A DNA stretch of 64,000 nt, from assembly GCA_965224245.1 (NCBI GenBank), contig OZ245046.1, forward strand, positions 1,984,001 to 2,048,000, in the 5' to 3' direction. The notes below the pieces were generated by a model, which saw nothing but the letters and a program-made list of their open reading frames with translations, did no database searches and was not told the DNA's origin. The stretch comes from Candidatus Eiseniibacteriota bacterium. GTDB taxonomy: Bacteria > Eisenbacteria > RBG-16-71-46 > CAZAMP01. The position numbers and the translations under genes are program-made. The first letter of the stretch is position 1. Each line of letters starts with the position of its first letter. This document shows, in pieces, positions 19,627 through 30,500 of the stretch.

Positions 19627-19896
19627 TCATCGGCGCAAACCGAGCTTCTTGATGAGCGCGCGGTAGCGTTCGACCTCGGTGTCCTTCAGATACTGCAGGA
19701 GTCGACGGCGCTGCCCGACCATCCGCAAGAGTCCGCGCCGACTGTGGTGGTCGGTCTTGTGGACGCGAAAGTGTTCGGTCAGCTGGTTGATCTTCTCGGT
19801 CAGGAGCGCGACCTGGACCTCGGGAGACCCGGAGTCGTTCTCGTGAAGTCGATGTTCGTCGATTATCGTGCGCTTCTGTTCCTTGTGCAGTGCCAC
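19627..19896 (-). CDS. rpsO: 30S ribosomal protein S15
   Basis: [35 protein letters not shown] start with GAGGAGG RBS; 89 aa. Confidence 0.98.
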   Translation of the reverse strand: MALHKEQKRTIIDEHRLHENDSGSPEVQVALLTEKINQLTEHFRVHKTDHHSRRGLLRMVGQRRRLLQYLKDTEVERYRALIKKLGLRR

Positions 19897-19904
19897 GTGA
19901 GCAC

Positions 19905-20041
19905 CCTCCTCGCGCACGGCGCCGCAGGCGCCGTGCATCATCGGCCGACGCGCCCCGAGGCGGCCGACCCCGGTCAGGACCCGAGAACCCCTCGCGCCGC
20001 CCTGACCTGAAGCGCGGGGAACAGACGCCGCCCGGCGCCTG
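19905..20041 (-). promoter_or_regulatory. Structured rpsO 5' leader (candidate S15 autoregulatory RNA)
   Basis: Several stems, including a perfect 10-bp hairpin (19914-19936) beside the RBS and a possible pseudoknot (19972-20019). Confidence 0.45.
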
Positions 20042-20066
20042 CGTGTACGAACCGTTCATCCCATGA

Positions 20067-20100
20067 GTGACGCGGTGGCCCGGGGCCACGACCGCGTCAC
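20067..20100. terminator. GC-rich hairpin at the ribF 3' end
   Basis: Perfect 10-bp arms GTGACGCGGT / ACCGCGTCAC; no clear U-tract. Confidence 0.35.
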
Positions 20101-21020
20101 GCGGTCTTGATCTCCATCTCGGACAGGACGTCCCTGGCGTTGGCCACGTCCTCGGCGATCGCCATCCGGAGCGACGCCTCGCTCTTGAACCGGCGCTCGG
20201 GGCGCAGACGCTCGATGAAGTCGAGCTGCAAGGCCTCGCCCAGGACGTCGCCATCATAGTCGAGGATGTGCGCCTCCACGGAAAGGTCCTTTCCGTCGAA
20301 TGTGGGCCGAGTACCCACGTTGGCTACCGCCATCATCGGCTTGGTGCCCTTGGAGGCGATGCAGGCATACACCCCCTTCGCGGGCAGGACCCGGCTCGGC
20401 GCCAGGCGGAGGTTGGCGGTCGGAAACCCGAGCTGACGTCCCCGACCCTGTCCTTTCACGATCACACCCCGCACGAAGTACGGCTGGCCGAGAAACCGAG
20501 CCGCCTCGACGACCCGGCCGTCCTGGAGCGAGCGGCGGATCCGAGTGGACGAGATCCGAACCCCCTCGATCTTGGCGTGCTCGATCTCGTCGACCTCGAA
20601 GTCGTACTCGAGTCCGATCGTCCGCAGCACGTTGACGGTGCCCTTGCGGTCGCGCCCCATCGCGAATCCCTCGCCCACCACCAGATGGCGCACCTCGAAG
20701 CTCGGGAGCACGACGCGTCCCATGAACTCCGCCGCGCTCTGGGTGGCGACCTGCTCGTCGAAGCGAAGAACCACGACGTAGTCGGCCCCCAGCTTGAGGA
20801 GCAGCTCGCGCTTCTCGTCGGTGGAGGAGAGCAGCGGGACGTGCGCCTTCTTCTTGAGGACGACGTCGGGGTGCGGATCGAAGGTCAGCACGACGCTCGC
20901 GCCGCGATTCGCCTCGGCCAGCGACACCGCCCGGCGCACGACCGCCTGGTGACCCAGATGGACGCCGTCGAACACCCCGATCGCGAGATACGCGTTACGG
21001 ATGGGATCGAGTCCTGCCAT
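20097..21020 (-). CDS. ribF: Bifunctional riboflavin kinase / FAD synthetase
   Basis: GVFDGVHLGH, TFDPHP, ISSTRIR, GRQLGFPTAN, NVGTRPT, VEAHILD. Confidence 0.97.
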   Translation of the reverse strand: MAGLDPIRNAYLAIGVFDGVHLGHQAVVRRAVSLAEANRGASVVLTFDPHPDVVLKKKAHVPLLSSTDEKRELLLKLGADYVVVLRFDEQVATQSAAEFMGRVVLPSFEVRHLVVGEGFAMGRDRKGTVNVLRTIGLEYDFEVDEIEHAKIEGVRISSTRIRRSLQDGRVVEAARFLGQPYFVRGVIVKGQGRGRQLGFPTANLRLAPSRVLPAKGVYACIASKGTKPMMAVANVGTRPTFDGKDLSVEAHILDYDGDVLGEALQLDFIERLRPERRFKSEASLRMAIAEDVANARDVLSEMEIKTA

Positions 21021-21122
21021 GTGTACATCTACCCCACGAGTTCCGTACCCGACGCGACCCGAGACGACCGAAGATCACCGGCGCCGGGAGCTCGCGAGCG
21101 AGCCCCCGGTGCGTCGGCGCCG

Positions 21123-22109
21123 TCAGATCACCCGGACCAGCTCGATCCGTTGCCCGGGACTCTCGACGTTCCGCTCGTCGACGGATCGTCCCACGGCCAC
21201 GAGATCGCCTGCCGGATCCAATAACTGCACCAACTGCTCCCCCTCGGGAACAGCATTGAAGTCCAACATGTCGGCCGGGGACGGATAGCCGCCGCACCGG
21301 ACCTTCCGGACGCCGCTGGGCGTGAGACGCAGAGCCACGAACGACTCCAGTGCCTCGGACAGCGAGAGCCCGTGTCGCGCGAGCGCCTCGCGTGGCGACA
21401 GCTGCACCAGGGACTCCAGCGTCGCCGCGTGCTCGATCGTGCACGATCCGATGCGCGTGCGGCGGAGCCCCGAGAGATGCGCTCCGACCCCGAGGCGCGC
21501 GCCGAACTCCAGCGCGAGCGTGCGGACGTACGTGCCCTTCGAGCAGCTCGTGCGGAACCGCACGTCCGGGGGCTCATGAGACAGTACCTCGAACGCGTCC
21601 ACGCGGATCCGTCGAGACGCGCGTTCGACCTCGATTCCTCGCCGGCTCAGCTTGTAGAGCGGCGTCCCCTTGTGCTTGACGGCCGACGTCATCGGCGGCA
21701 CCTGATCCTGCTCGCCCACCAGCGACTCCGCCACGCGGCGGACGTCGGCCTCGGTCACGTGGGCCACGCTCTCGGTGCGGGTGACGTCGCCGTGCGGATC
21801 TCCCGAGGACGTCTCGACGCCCAGCCGGAGAACCCCCTCGTACTCCTTGTCGAGCGCGGACAGCATCGGAAACAGCTTCGTGGCCCGCCCCACGAGCATC
21901 AGGAGCAGACCGGTCGCGAACGGATCGAGCGTGCCCGCGTGGCCGATCCGCTTGATGCCGAGGAACCGACGCAGCTGCAGCACGACGTCGTGAGACGTGC
22001 ACTCCTCGTGCTTGTCGATCAAGAGTACGCGGTGCGCCATGGCCCCCAGGGCGGCCGATGCGCCGGAGCCGGGCTCGGTCCGGCGCCGGGTGGCCGACGA
22101 TCCCGTCAT
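21123..22109 (-). CDS. truB: tRNA pseudouridine(55) synthase (start may be 22040)
   Basis: TSHDVV, GHAGTLDPFATG, QVPPM.SAVK..G.PLY, CSKGTYVR. Confidence 0.97.
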   Translation of the reverse strand: MTGSSATRRRTEPGSGASAALGAMAHRVLLIDKHEECTSHDVVLQLRRFLGIKRIGHAGTLDPFATGLLLMLVGRATKLFPMLSALDKEYEGVLRLGVETSSGDPHGDVTRTESVAHVTEADVRRVAESLVGEQDQVPPMTSAVKHKGTPLYKLSRRGIEVERASRRIRVDAFEVLSHEPPDVRFRTSCSKGTYVRTLALEFGARLGVGAHLSGLRRTRIGSCTIEHAATLESLVQLSPREALARHGLSLSEALESFVALRLTPSGVRKVRCGGYPSPADMLDFNAVPEGEQLVQLLDPAGDLVAVGRSVDERNVESPGQRIELVRVI

Positions 22110-22543
22110 CGCGCACGCTCCTGCCCGGCGTCCACCGCCGACGCGTCGTCGTCCGGGGCCTCCGACCCGTCCCCGGCGTCGTCTCGACGGGCCTCGCCGA
22201 GCAGCGCCTCGATGCGGGACTGGGCCGCGAGCCGGTCGTCGTGGACGACGCGCAGCTCGGGGACGTGGCGCATCCGCATCACGCGTCCGAGCTCGGTGCG
22301 CAGGAACCCTGCCGCGTTCCGCACGATGTCCACCCGCTCGCCGTCGGGGATGTCGCCCTCGCCGATCACGGTCACCCAGACCGTGGCCACGCGCATGTCC
22401 ACGTTCAGCTCGACCTCGGAGATCGAGATCATCCCGACGCGCGGATCGCGGACCCGTCGCTGCACCAGCTCGTTCAGGCGGCGGCGCATCTGATCGGCCA
22501 CGCGCTTGCGATGCTGGTCGTGTCGAGACTGATGAGCGCTCAA
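22106..22543 (-). CDS. rbfA: Ribosome-binding factor A
   Basis: RVAD.M..L, RDPR, AAGFLR.ELG....RHVPEL; synteny with infB and truB. Confidence 0.92.
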   Translation of the reverse strand: MSAHQSRHDQHRKRVADQMRRRLNELVQRRVRDPRVGMISISEVELNVDMRVATVWVTVIGEGDIPDGERVDIVRNAAGFLRTELGRVMRMRHVPELRVVHDDRLAAQSRIEALLGEARRDDAGDGSEAPDDDASAVDAGQERAR

Positions 22544-22565
22544 TCGAAGCTCCCGCCTCCGGGCG

Positions 22566-22862
22566 TCACTCGAACGACCACGGAACGACGTCCTGTCGAT
22601 AATCGACGATTTGTCCCTCTCGGGAGCCCTCGGCCACGCGACGTATCGCGCGGAGCGTCTCCTCGAGAACGCCGGGATCGCCCCCGACGATCGCGACCCC
22701 CATGGTCGCTCGCTGCCAGCGATCGTGATCGTCGATCTCGCTCACGGCCGCCGCGTAGCGGCTGCAGATGCGGCCCTTGATCGAGTTGACCACCGACCGC
22801 TTGGCCTTCAGAGACCCCGAATGCGGGATGAAGACCGTGAACTCGGCCACGCCGACGAACAT
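22566..22862 (-). CDS. DUF503 (YlxP) family protein
   Basis: SLKAKRSVV.S, VSE..DHD.WQR; position between infB and rbfA. Confidence 0.9.
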   Translation of the reverse strand: MFVGVAEFTVFIPHSGSLKAKRSVVNSIKGRICSRYAAAVSEIDDHDRWQRATMGVAIVGGDPGVLEETLRAIRRVAEGSREGQIVDYRQDVVPWSFE

Positions 22863-25049
22863 CTACGAAATCTTGCGGAAGACCTCTTCCGTCTCGAAGA
22901 ACTGTATGACGTCCCCTACTTGCAGCTTGTCGAAGCCGTCGAGGCTGATGCCGCACTCCAGACCCGATTCCACCTCCTTTACCTCGTCCTTGAAGCGCCG
23001 AAGGGAGCGAATGCGTCCGGTGTACACGACCTCGCCCTCCCGGAGCACGCGTGCCCGCGAGGTCGCGGTGGCTCGCCCGCTGGCCAGGTACGACCCGGCC
23101 ACGGTGCCCTTCTTCGGGATCCGGAACAGCTGCCGGACCTCGGCCTCCGCGCGCACGTGCTCGATCTCCTCGGGCTTCAACAGGCCTTCCATGGCGAGCT
23201 TGAGGTCGTTCACAGCCTCGTAGATCACCTCGTAGATGCGGATCTCGACCTTCTCGCGCTCGGCCGCCTCGGTGGCCCGGGGCTCGCGCTTGACGTGGAA
23301 GCCGAAGATGATGGCGCTGGACGCCGCGGCCAGAAGCACGTCCGACTCGTTGATCGTGCCCACGCCGCGGTGCACGATGCGCACCTGGACTTCCTCCATC
23401 GAGAGCTTCTCGAACGAGTCGCACAGCACCTCGACCGAGCCCTGGGTATCGGCCTTGACGATGATGTTGAGCTCCTGCATCTCGCCGGACTCGATGTGCT
23501 GGCGCAGGTTGCCGATGCCGACCACGCGACGCATGCGCTGCTCGCGCGTGATCTGCTGGCGCTTGGTCACGATCTCGCGCGCCTGATGGTCGTCCTTGAG
23601 CACCTGGAAGCTGTCCCCGGCCTGCGGGATTCCCGACCAGCCGAGGATCTCGACCGGCGTGGCCGGACCGGCCTCGGAGATGCGCCGTCCGTGGTCGTCC
23701 TGGAGCGCTCGCACCTTGCCGCCCACGGCCCCACACACGAACGCGTCGCCGACGTGGAGCGTGCCGTCCCCGACGAGCACCGTGACCACCGCGCCACGTC
23801 CCCGGTCCACGTGCGCCTCGACGACCACGCCGCGGGCGCGCTTCGACGGGCTCGCCACGAGCTCCTTCATCTCGGCGACCAGGAGGAGCATGTCGAGCAG
23901 AGCGTCGATGCCCTCGCCCGTCTTGGCCGAGATGTCGGCGAAGACCGTGTCGCCGCCCCAATCCTCGGGCACCACGTTGTGCTGGGCGAGGTCCTGACGC
24001 ACACGCTCGGGCTTGGCGTCGGGAAGATCGATCTTGTTCACGGCCACGACGATCGGGACGCCGGCGGCTCGGGCGTGATTGATCGCCTCGAGCGTCTGCG
24101 GCATGACGCTGTCGTTGGCGGCCACCACCAGCACGACGATGTCGGTGACCTCGGCGCCGCGGGCCCGCATGGCCGTGAACGCCTCGTGACCGGGGGTATC
24201 CAGGAAGACCAAACGTCCCTTCGAGGCCTGGACCGCGTAGGCGCCGATGTGCTGCGTGATCCCGCCGGACTCGCCGGCAACGACCTTCGTCTCTCGGATG
24301 TAGTCCAGAAGCGACGTCTTGCCGTGGTCGACGTGTCCCATGACCGTGACCACCGGCGAGCGCGTCACGAGCTCGGCGTCCTCTTCCTCGGCCACGATGT
24401 CCTCGATGACCTCGGCGCCGTACGCCTGTCCGAACTCGATCTCGACGTCCATCTCGCCCGCAATGAGCTCGATCACGTCCTTCTCGAGACGCTTGTTGAT
24501 GTTGGCCATGATCCCGAGCATCAGGCACTGCTTGATCAGGTCGTTGGCGTCGACGTCGAGCGCGTTGGCCAGCTCGCCGAGCGTCATGAACTCGGTCACC
24601 TTGATCGGCGCGTCACTCTCGACGACGGTGGCGCGCTCCTTGCGGGTGCGCTTGCCCTTGCGCTTCTGGCCGCCCATCGTCGCCAGCGTCTCGCGCACGT
24701 TGCGCTCGACGGCGGCCTGATCGACGCCCCGACGACGCCGATTGCGCCGGCGCTTCTTCGCGTCCTTCTTGAGCGGATCCGCCGCGGGCGTGGCCGGCTT
24801 CGGCGGCTCGACTTTCTTGCGCGCGATCTCCGCCTGCACCTTCTGCTTGCGCTCGGTGTCCTTTCGAACCGCCTCGCGCTGCTTGGACAGATTCTCGCGA
24901 ATCCGGAGCATCGTGGGCTCGTCCACGGTGCTCATGTGGCTTTTGACGTCGATCTTCATCTCATGTAGAAGCTTGACCAGCGCCTCGCTAGACAGGCGAA
25001 GCTCTCGGGCCAGCTCGTAGACACGGACTTTCTTCACGGTCACCCCCAT
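22863..25049 (-). CDS. infB: Translation initiation factor IF-2
   Basis: [48 protein letters not shown]. Confidence 0.98.
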   Translation of the reverse strand: MGVTVKKVRVYELARELRLSSEALVKLLHEMKIDVKSHMSTVDEPTMLRIRENLSKQREAVRKDTERKQKVQAEIARKKVEPPKPATPAADPLKKDAKKRRRNRRRRGVDQAAVERNVRETLATMGGQKRKGKRTRKERATVVESDAPIKVTEFMTLGELANALDVDANDLIKQCLMLGIMANINKRLEKDVIELIAGEMDVEIEFGQAYGAEVIEDIVAEEEDAELVTRSPVVTVMGHVDHGKTSLLDYIRETKVVAGESGGITQHIGAYAVQASKGRLVFLDTPGHEAFTAMRARGAEVTDIVVLVVAANDSVMPQTLEAINHARAAGVPIVVAVNKIDLPDAKPERVRQDLAQHNVVPEDWGGDTVFADISAKTGEGIDALLDMLLLVAEMKELVASPSKRARGVVVEAHVDRGRGAVVTVLVGDGTLHVGDAFVCGAVGGKVRALQDDHGRRISEAGPATPVEILGWSGIPQAGDSFQVLKDDHQAREIVTKRQQITREQRMRRVVGIGNLRQHIESGEMQELNIIVKADTQGSVEVLCDSFEKLSMEEVQVRIVHRGVGTINESDVLLAAASSAIIFGFHVKREPRATEAAEREKVEIRIYEVIYEAVNDLKLAMEGLLKPEEIEHVRAEAEVRQLFRIPKKGTVAGSYLASGRATATSRARVLREGEVVYTGRIRSLRRFKDEVKEVESGLECGISLDGFDKLQVGDVIQFFETEEVFRKIS

Positions 25050-25050
25050 C

Positions 25051-26598
25051 TCAGCTGGCTCCCCGCTCGGGCGCCTCACTCACTTCGGCTCCCGCGATGG
25101 TCGACTCCTCGGTCGACTCGTCGCCCGTCACCTCGGGGATCGCGACGGGATCCGCCTCGGAGGCGGTGGTGGTATCGTCATCGGTGGACCCGCCGGCGTC
25201 GCCGTCGGCGGCGTCGACCGGCTCGTCGTGCGTGATCGACGGGGCGGTCTCGGACTCGCCGCTCGCGAGCTCGGGCGTGCCCGGCTCGCCATCATCGTCG
25301 GCCTCGGCGCCGTCGACCTCGGCGCCTCGCTCGGCGCGGACGGCCGCGAGACGCGACTCGTACAGCTCACCGACGGCGTCCAGCACCTTCTGCGCCGTCT
25401 TGGGCCCGATGCCCTCGATGGCCTGGAGGCCGTCGGTGTCGGCCCTCAACACGTCGCGAGCGGTCTCGAGTCCCGCCTGAATCAACCACTCCGTCACCCG
25501 GGGTCCGATCTCCTCGGTGAGATCCTCGATGTCGAAGTCGGCGACATCCTCGTCGTCGCGTTCCTCGACCACCTGTTGATCGCTGACGAGCTCGATGTTC
25601 CATCCGGTCAGTCGCATGGCGAGGCGGACGTTCTGGCCGCCCTTGCCGATGGCCAGCGAGAGCTGGTCCTCGGCCACCACGACCGTGACCGCCCCCTGCT
25701 CCTCGTCGATGTCGACGCGCTGGACCTTGGCCGGGCTCAGCGCCCGGGTCACGAAGAGCGCCGGATCCGACGACCACGGCACGATGTCGATGCGCTCGCC
25801 GCCGAGCTCGCGGACGATGTTCTGAACGCGTGAGCCCTTGACCCCCACGCAGGCGCCGACCGCATCGACGCGATCGTCGTGCGAGTACACGCCCACCTTG
25901 GAGCGGCTACCCGCCTCGCGCGCGATGGAGCGGATCTCGACGATGCGCTCGGAGATCTCGGGAACCTCGTTCTCGAACAGACGGCGCAGAAAGTCGGGAT
26001 GGCTCCGCGACAGGACGACCTGCGGGCCCTTCGAGAGGCGATCCACCTCCATCAACAGCGCCGTGATGTGATCGCCCTGCCGGAAGCGATCGCGATGCAG
26101 AGCCTCGCGCTCGGGGAGAATCGCCTCGATGGACTCGACCTGCACGAGCACGTTGCGCCGATCCACCTGCTGGACGATGCCGGTGATGAGCTCACCCTCG
26201 CGGCCGTGGAACTCGGCGTACACGCGATCGCGCTCGGCCTCGCGCACGCGCTGAACGAGGACGTGCTTGGTCGCCGACGCCGCGCTGCGGCCGAGCTCGG
26301 TGACGTCGAGCTCCTCGACGAGCTGATCGCCGATGCCGAGCGCCGCGTCGATCTCGCGCGCGTCCTCGAGCTGGATCTCCTGCGCCTCGTCCGAGACGTG
26401 ACCGACGACGGTTCGAATGCGCTTTCCCTCGATCAGACCCCGGTCCCGGTCGAAGTTCATCTCGATGTTGGACGACGGGCCGTACCGACGCCGCGCGGCC
26501 TGGAGCATGCCGGCCATCAGCGTCTCGATCAGGACCTCGCGATCGACGTTCTTCTCGCGTGCTATCTGATTAAGAGCTTCCAGAAGCTCGTAGTTCAT
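25051..26598 (-). CDS. nusA: Transcription termination factor NusA with HhH region and acidic tail
   Basis: [42 protein letters not shown]. Confidence 0.98.
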   Translation of the reverse strand: MNYELLEALNQIAREKNVDREVLIETLMAGMLQAARRRYGPSSNIEMNFDRDRGLIEGKRIRTVVGHVSDEAQEIQLEDAREIDAALGIGDQLVEELDVTELGRSAASATKHVLVQRVREAERDRVYAEFHGREGELITGIVQQVDRRNVLVQVESIEAILPEREALHRDRFRQGDHITALLMEVDRLSKGPQVVLSRSHPDFLRRLFENEVPEISERIVEIRSIAREAGSRSKVGVYSHDDRVDAVGACVGVKGSRVQNIVRELGGERIDIVPWSSDPALFVTRALSPAKVQRVDIDEEQGAVTVVVAEDQLSLAIGKGGQNVRLAMRLTGWNIELVSDQQVVEERDDEDVADFDIEDLTEEIGPRVTEWLIQAGLETARDVLRADTDGLQAIEGIGPKTAQKVLDAVGELYESRLAAVRAERGAEVDGAEADDDGEPGTPELASGESETAPSITHDEPVDAADGDAGGSTDDDTTTASEADPVAIPEVTGDESTEESTIAGAEVSEAPERGAS

Positions 26599-26602
26599 CG
26601 AC

Positions 26603-27112
26603 TCAGCCTTTTCGCTTCCACGGATCGATGGCGACCCGTGCGCTCTTCACCTCGGTCAACGGCAGCCGAACGGTTTCTCCGCCGTCCACGCTGACGACGA
26701 TGTGGTCTCCCTGTCGCCCGACGAGCGACCCGGTATACTGCCGGCGCGAGCCGAATGTGTCGGCCATCCGGACGACCACCTGCTCGCCGGTGAACCAGTC
26801 GTAGTGCTCCGGCTTTCGGAGCGGCCTGTCCAGCCCCGGTGACGAGACCTCCAGCACGTACGAGAACGGAACGACGTCCTCGGCGTCGAGGATGTCTTCG
26901 ATCTGCCGACTGATCCGCGCGCAGTCCGCCACGGTGACACCGACCGGACGTTTCCGTCCGTCCTCGTCCACCTCGACGCGATCGACGCGCACGCACACCA
27001 CGCGCCGCTTGCCGCGCGCAATCATCTGGACGTCCACCAGCTCGACGTGTTCGCGTTCGAGCCGCGGCTCGAGCAGCGCCAACACGCGGCCGGCCAGATC
27101 CATCGAGACCAT
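26603..27112 (-). CDS. rimP: Ribosome maturation factor RimP
   Basis: DC..ISR.I..ILD, Y.LEVSSPGLDRPL; start at ATG 27112 or 27103. Confidence 0.95.
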   Translation of the reverse strand: MVSMDLAGRVLALLEPRLEREHVELVDVQMIARGKRRVVCVRVDRVEVDEDGRKRPVGVTVADCARISRQIEDILDAEDVVPFSYVLEVSSPGLDRPLRKPEHYDWFTGEQVVVRMADTFGSRRQYTGSLVGRQGDHIVVSVDGGETVRLPLTEVKSARVAIDPWKRKG

Positions 27113-27165
27113 GCCCTTTCCGCGAGCTCTGCCGGCGCCGGCGAGCACACCCGCCGGGCACGACG

Positions 27166-27203
27166 AAAACGCCACCCTCGGGTCTCGATGACCCGCGAGC
27201 GGC
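27166..27203 (-). terminator. Terminator-like hairpin in the rimP leader (attenuator candidate)
   Basis: Minus strand GCCGCUC..CGGGUC-loop-GACCCG..GGGUGGC followed by GUUUU, about 55 nt upstream of rimP. Confidence 0.55.
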
Positions 27204-27356
27204 CGGAATGCGAGCCCGCTGACGTGAAGCGCCTCGAATGGATGGTGCGAGGTGTCCCCGAGAGGACGCCGCCGGAGGTGCTGAGCTTCATCGATCGCTG
27301 ACCTGGGATCGCCCGAACGCGAGCGCCGTACAGACGTGCCGCTCGGCGCCCGACGG

Positions 27357-27385
27357 AACCTACACCAAGCCCGCGAGGTCGTCAA
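27357..27385 (-). promoter_or_regulatory. Candidate sigma70 promoter for rimP-nusA-infB
   Basis: TTGACG-N17-TAGGTT on the minus strand with an AT-rich stretch upstream. Confidence 0.55.
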
Positions 27386-27577
27386 TAGGTCACGTTGTAA
27401 CAGATTGCCAGATAGCCAGTTACGTTCTATTCCCCATTCCCGCGACCGCGCGGGGACGCGGCCGTGGGTCGGACGCCCGGGACGCTCTGGCGTCCTCGGC
27501 GCCCGGGCCGCCGGGCCTGCGGCGGAGCGGTACCCGAACCGTGGATCGGGCGATCTCCGCGTCACGCGCCGGCGGCG

Positions 27578-30500
27578 CTAGAAGCGGAACGATGCGGACA
27601 GGGTCAGCCCGAGGCTCCGGCGCGTATTCGAGATCTTCTTGTTGTCGCGGTTCTCGGTGTACTGGAGCCGCGCATTGCCCTGGACGGTGGACGTGAAGTT
27701 GTACCCGGCGTCCAGCGACACGCGCAGATCCCGGTTGGACTGGGTCAGGCCCGCGTCCTCCAGGAACGCGTTGCTCTCGTTCAGCGACAGACGCTTCTGG
27801 CTGGCGATCGAGATCGATCCGGCCACGTCGATCTGCGTGGAGATCCACCGCGTGGCCCCGAACGGCATCTTCACCCGCCGCCGGTAGTTGATCGTGTGCT
27901 GCACGTCCAGCGAGAAGCTGGAGCGCTCGTCGCGCTGAATCGACTTCGAGGTGGCGTTGTTCGTGGTCTCGCCGACGTTGCGGTCCATCTTGAGGGTCAC
28001 CCGCATGCCGCTCTTCAGCGTGGCGTCGAACTGGGCCAGCGGGGTCCAGTCCGTGGTGACGCGCACGGATCGATCCGGCGTCGTCTGATCTCCGGTCACG
28101 TCCTCCGATCGCGAGTACCGCGTGGAGAGCCCTACGCGCCGGAAGCGCGACTCGAGAAACGGGATGCCTTCCTGCAGCCCGTTCAGCGTGAACTGCAGAT
28201 CCGGCCAGCGCGTCCGATCGCTGATCGAGAGCGTCGGCGACGATATCGATCCGTCGATTCCCTTCTGGATCGTGGTGGTCTCCGACGAGTCGTCGGTGTA
28301 GGTCACCTTCACGTCCAGCGATGCACCCAGCCGCTTGCCGGCCACCCGGATCCGGGAGAGCTTCACGCCACTGGAGAGATTCAGGTTCTGCGTGTCGCCG
28401 AACCGCGACTGATTGGTGTTCAGGGTCCGGATGTCGGAGTCGAGCTCGCTGGTGAGGCCGAGCTGGTAGCTGAAGGACGGCATCCGGTCCACGAGCGAGT
28501 GCCGGTTCGAGTTGCCGTCGGTGTACTGCACGTTCACGTCGAGCAGCGAGACGTTCATGCCGAAGCCCCCGTCTCGCCTCCCCGATGCACCCGGCGTCGC
28601 CTGGCCGTCGTCGTCACGTCCCGCGCGGGAGCGCCCGCGAGGTCCGCCGCCGACCCGACGGCCTCGCGGCTCGTCCGAGCCCGCCTCTTCCTCACCGTCG
28701 GAGTCGACGTCCGCCGGCTTGGGATCGTTGCGCGTGATTTCCCTGAGCCACCGGCCGAAGGCCGAGAGCGGGATCGAAGCGCCGGTGCGAATGGTCGTCG
28801 AGTTCTCGACGGATTGCGGCGTCCGCGTGGAGAATCCCTGATCCGACCGGGAGATCTGGGTGCGGCTGGAGAACCGGCTGCTCCAGTTGATGTTCGGGCG
28901 AAACGGGGCCACGACGCGATTGAACGCCGACGTGAACGCCGCCCCGAGAGGCGATCCGAGTGCACCCTCGCGAATCGGTACGAACGTGTGGTTGAGGCTC
29001 AGCGACTCGGTGCGCTGGGTCTCCAGACCGAGGTCCAGGCCGGCGACCTTCCCCCCCTCCTGCCGGAGGTCCCGGCTCGACGAGAACTGATAGTTGACCG
29101 CCGGCTTCGTGAGGAGCTGATACGACGTGCGCCAGTCGGCGGTGTGCGTCTTGTTCACGTTCTCGTTCGTCAGGGTGAGGGGCTCGTCCACCGACGACCC
29201 CGATCGAGACCAGCGCTTCTGCTCGGACCGGGAAATCGAGGTCGAGGCCGAGAAGTTCTTGGGCAGATAGTCGAGCTGCATCCCGAGCGGCAGCGGGATG
29301 AACCGGTGCCGGGGCGTCGTGAAGTTGTAGTTGATGCCGGCGTTCCACGTCCGGGTGGTATCCGCCCGGTCGGGCTGCTGGTTGCGACGGACGTCCTGCG
29401 AGTAGCTCCCGCTGAAGCCGTCCAGTGTGTATCGCAGGAACGGGTTCCGTGACGGGGAGCGGCTGTAGCTCACCGAGAAGCGCCGCGTGGAGTTCCGGGT
29501 CACGTTCAGGTCGGCGTTCTCCCCGTCGAAGATCAGGTCCGTCCCCGGCCGGAACTTCGGCTCGTTCGTGTTGCGCGAGAACCGGTACGAGACCGGCAGC
29601 TGCAGGCCGAGCCGCGGCACGAAGCGGTCCACGTTCACCGAGCTGTCGAACGACAGCGAACGCGTCTTGACGCCGCCGGCGCGCACCTCCCCCACACGCA
29701 GGAAGTCGGCCTCCTGCCCCGAGTACGAGAAGTTGACCGACCCCAGATCCGAGAGCTTCGTGTCCACGCGGAACTCGCTCGCGGTGGCCGCATTGCGCTG
29801 GACGTCATCGAGACGCAGCTCGTTGACCCAGACCCCGGCGCTGCGCACGAACTCCCCCGACACGTTCTTCGCGCCGAGACTGATCTGACGCACGTCGGCG
29901 AAGGACGGACTCCCCCGGACGACGAGCCACGATCCGTCCTCCTGGATCTCCTTGATGTAGCGTTGATCGCCGGACATCTTCTGCTTGAGCGCACTGAAGC
30001 TCGCGATCGGGATCTCCACCATCGTCCACCCGCCGCCTCGATCGTCGGGTCGGAGCTTCTTGCGGTACTCGTAGTAGTTGAGGCCGTCGGTGGTGCCGAA
30101 CTGGATGAAGAACTCGAGCTCCAGGTCGCCCACCGAAGGGCGGCCCACCTGCGTGAAGAACTCGATGGTGTCGTAGCGCGTGTAGTCCTGCTTCTGAGCG
30201 AACCTCCGATACGCGGTGCCCGAGTACCCGTCGGGGAAGTTCAGCAGGTCGAGAGACACGTACCCCTCGAACTCCTCGCCCTGACGGTCCCGAGACTGGC
30301 GAAGGTCGAACGCCGGCTCGTAGATGTCGCCGTTGTCCTTGTTGTTGACCACCGACACCGCGAACTTCTGACCCAGCGCCAGCTCGCCCGGATCGGCGGG
30401 CTCTCCGGCGGGATTCAGTATGGGCGCCTCGGGGGCTCCGGTCTGCCAGCGGTTTCCGATGAACTCCACGGTGGCGATCTGGATCGGGGCCGCGGCGCCG

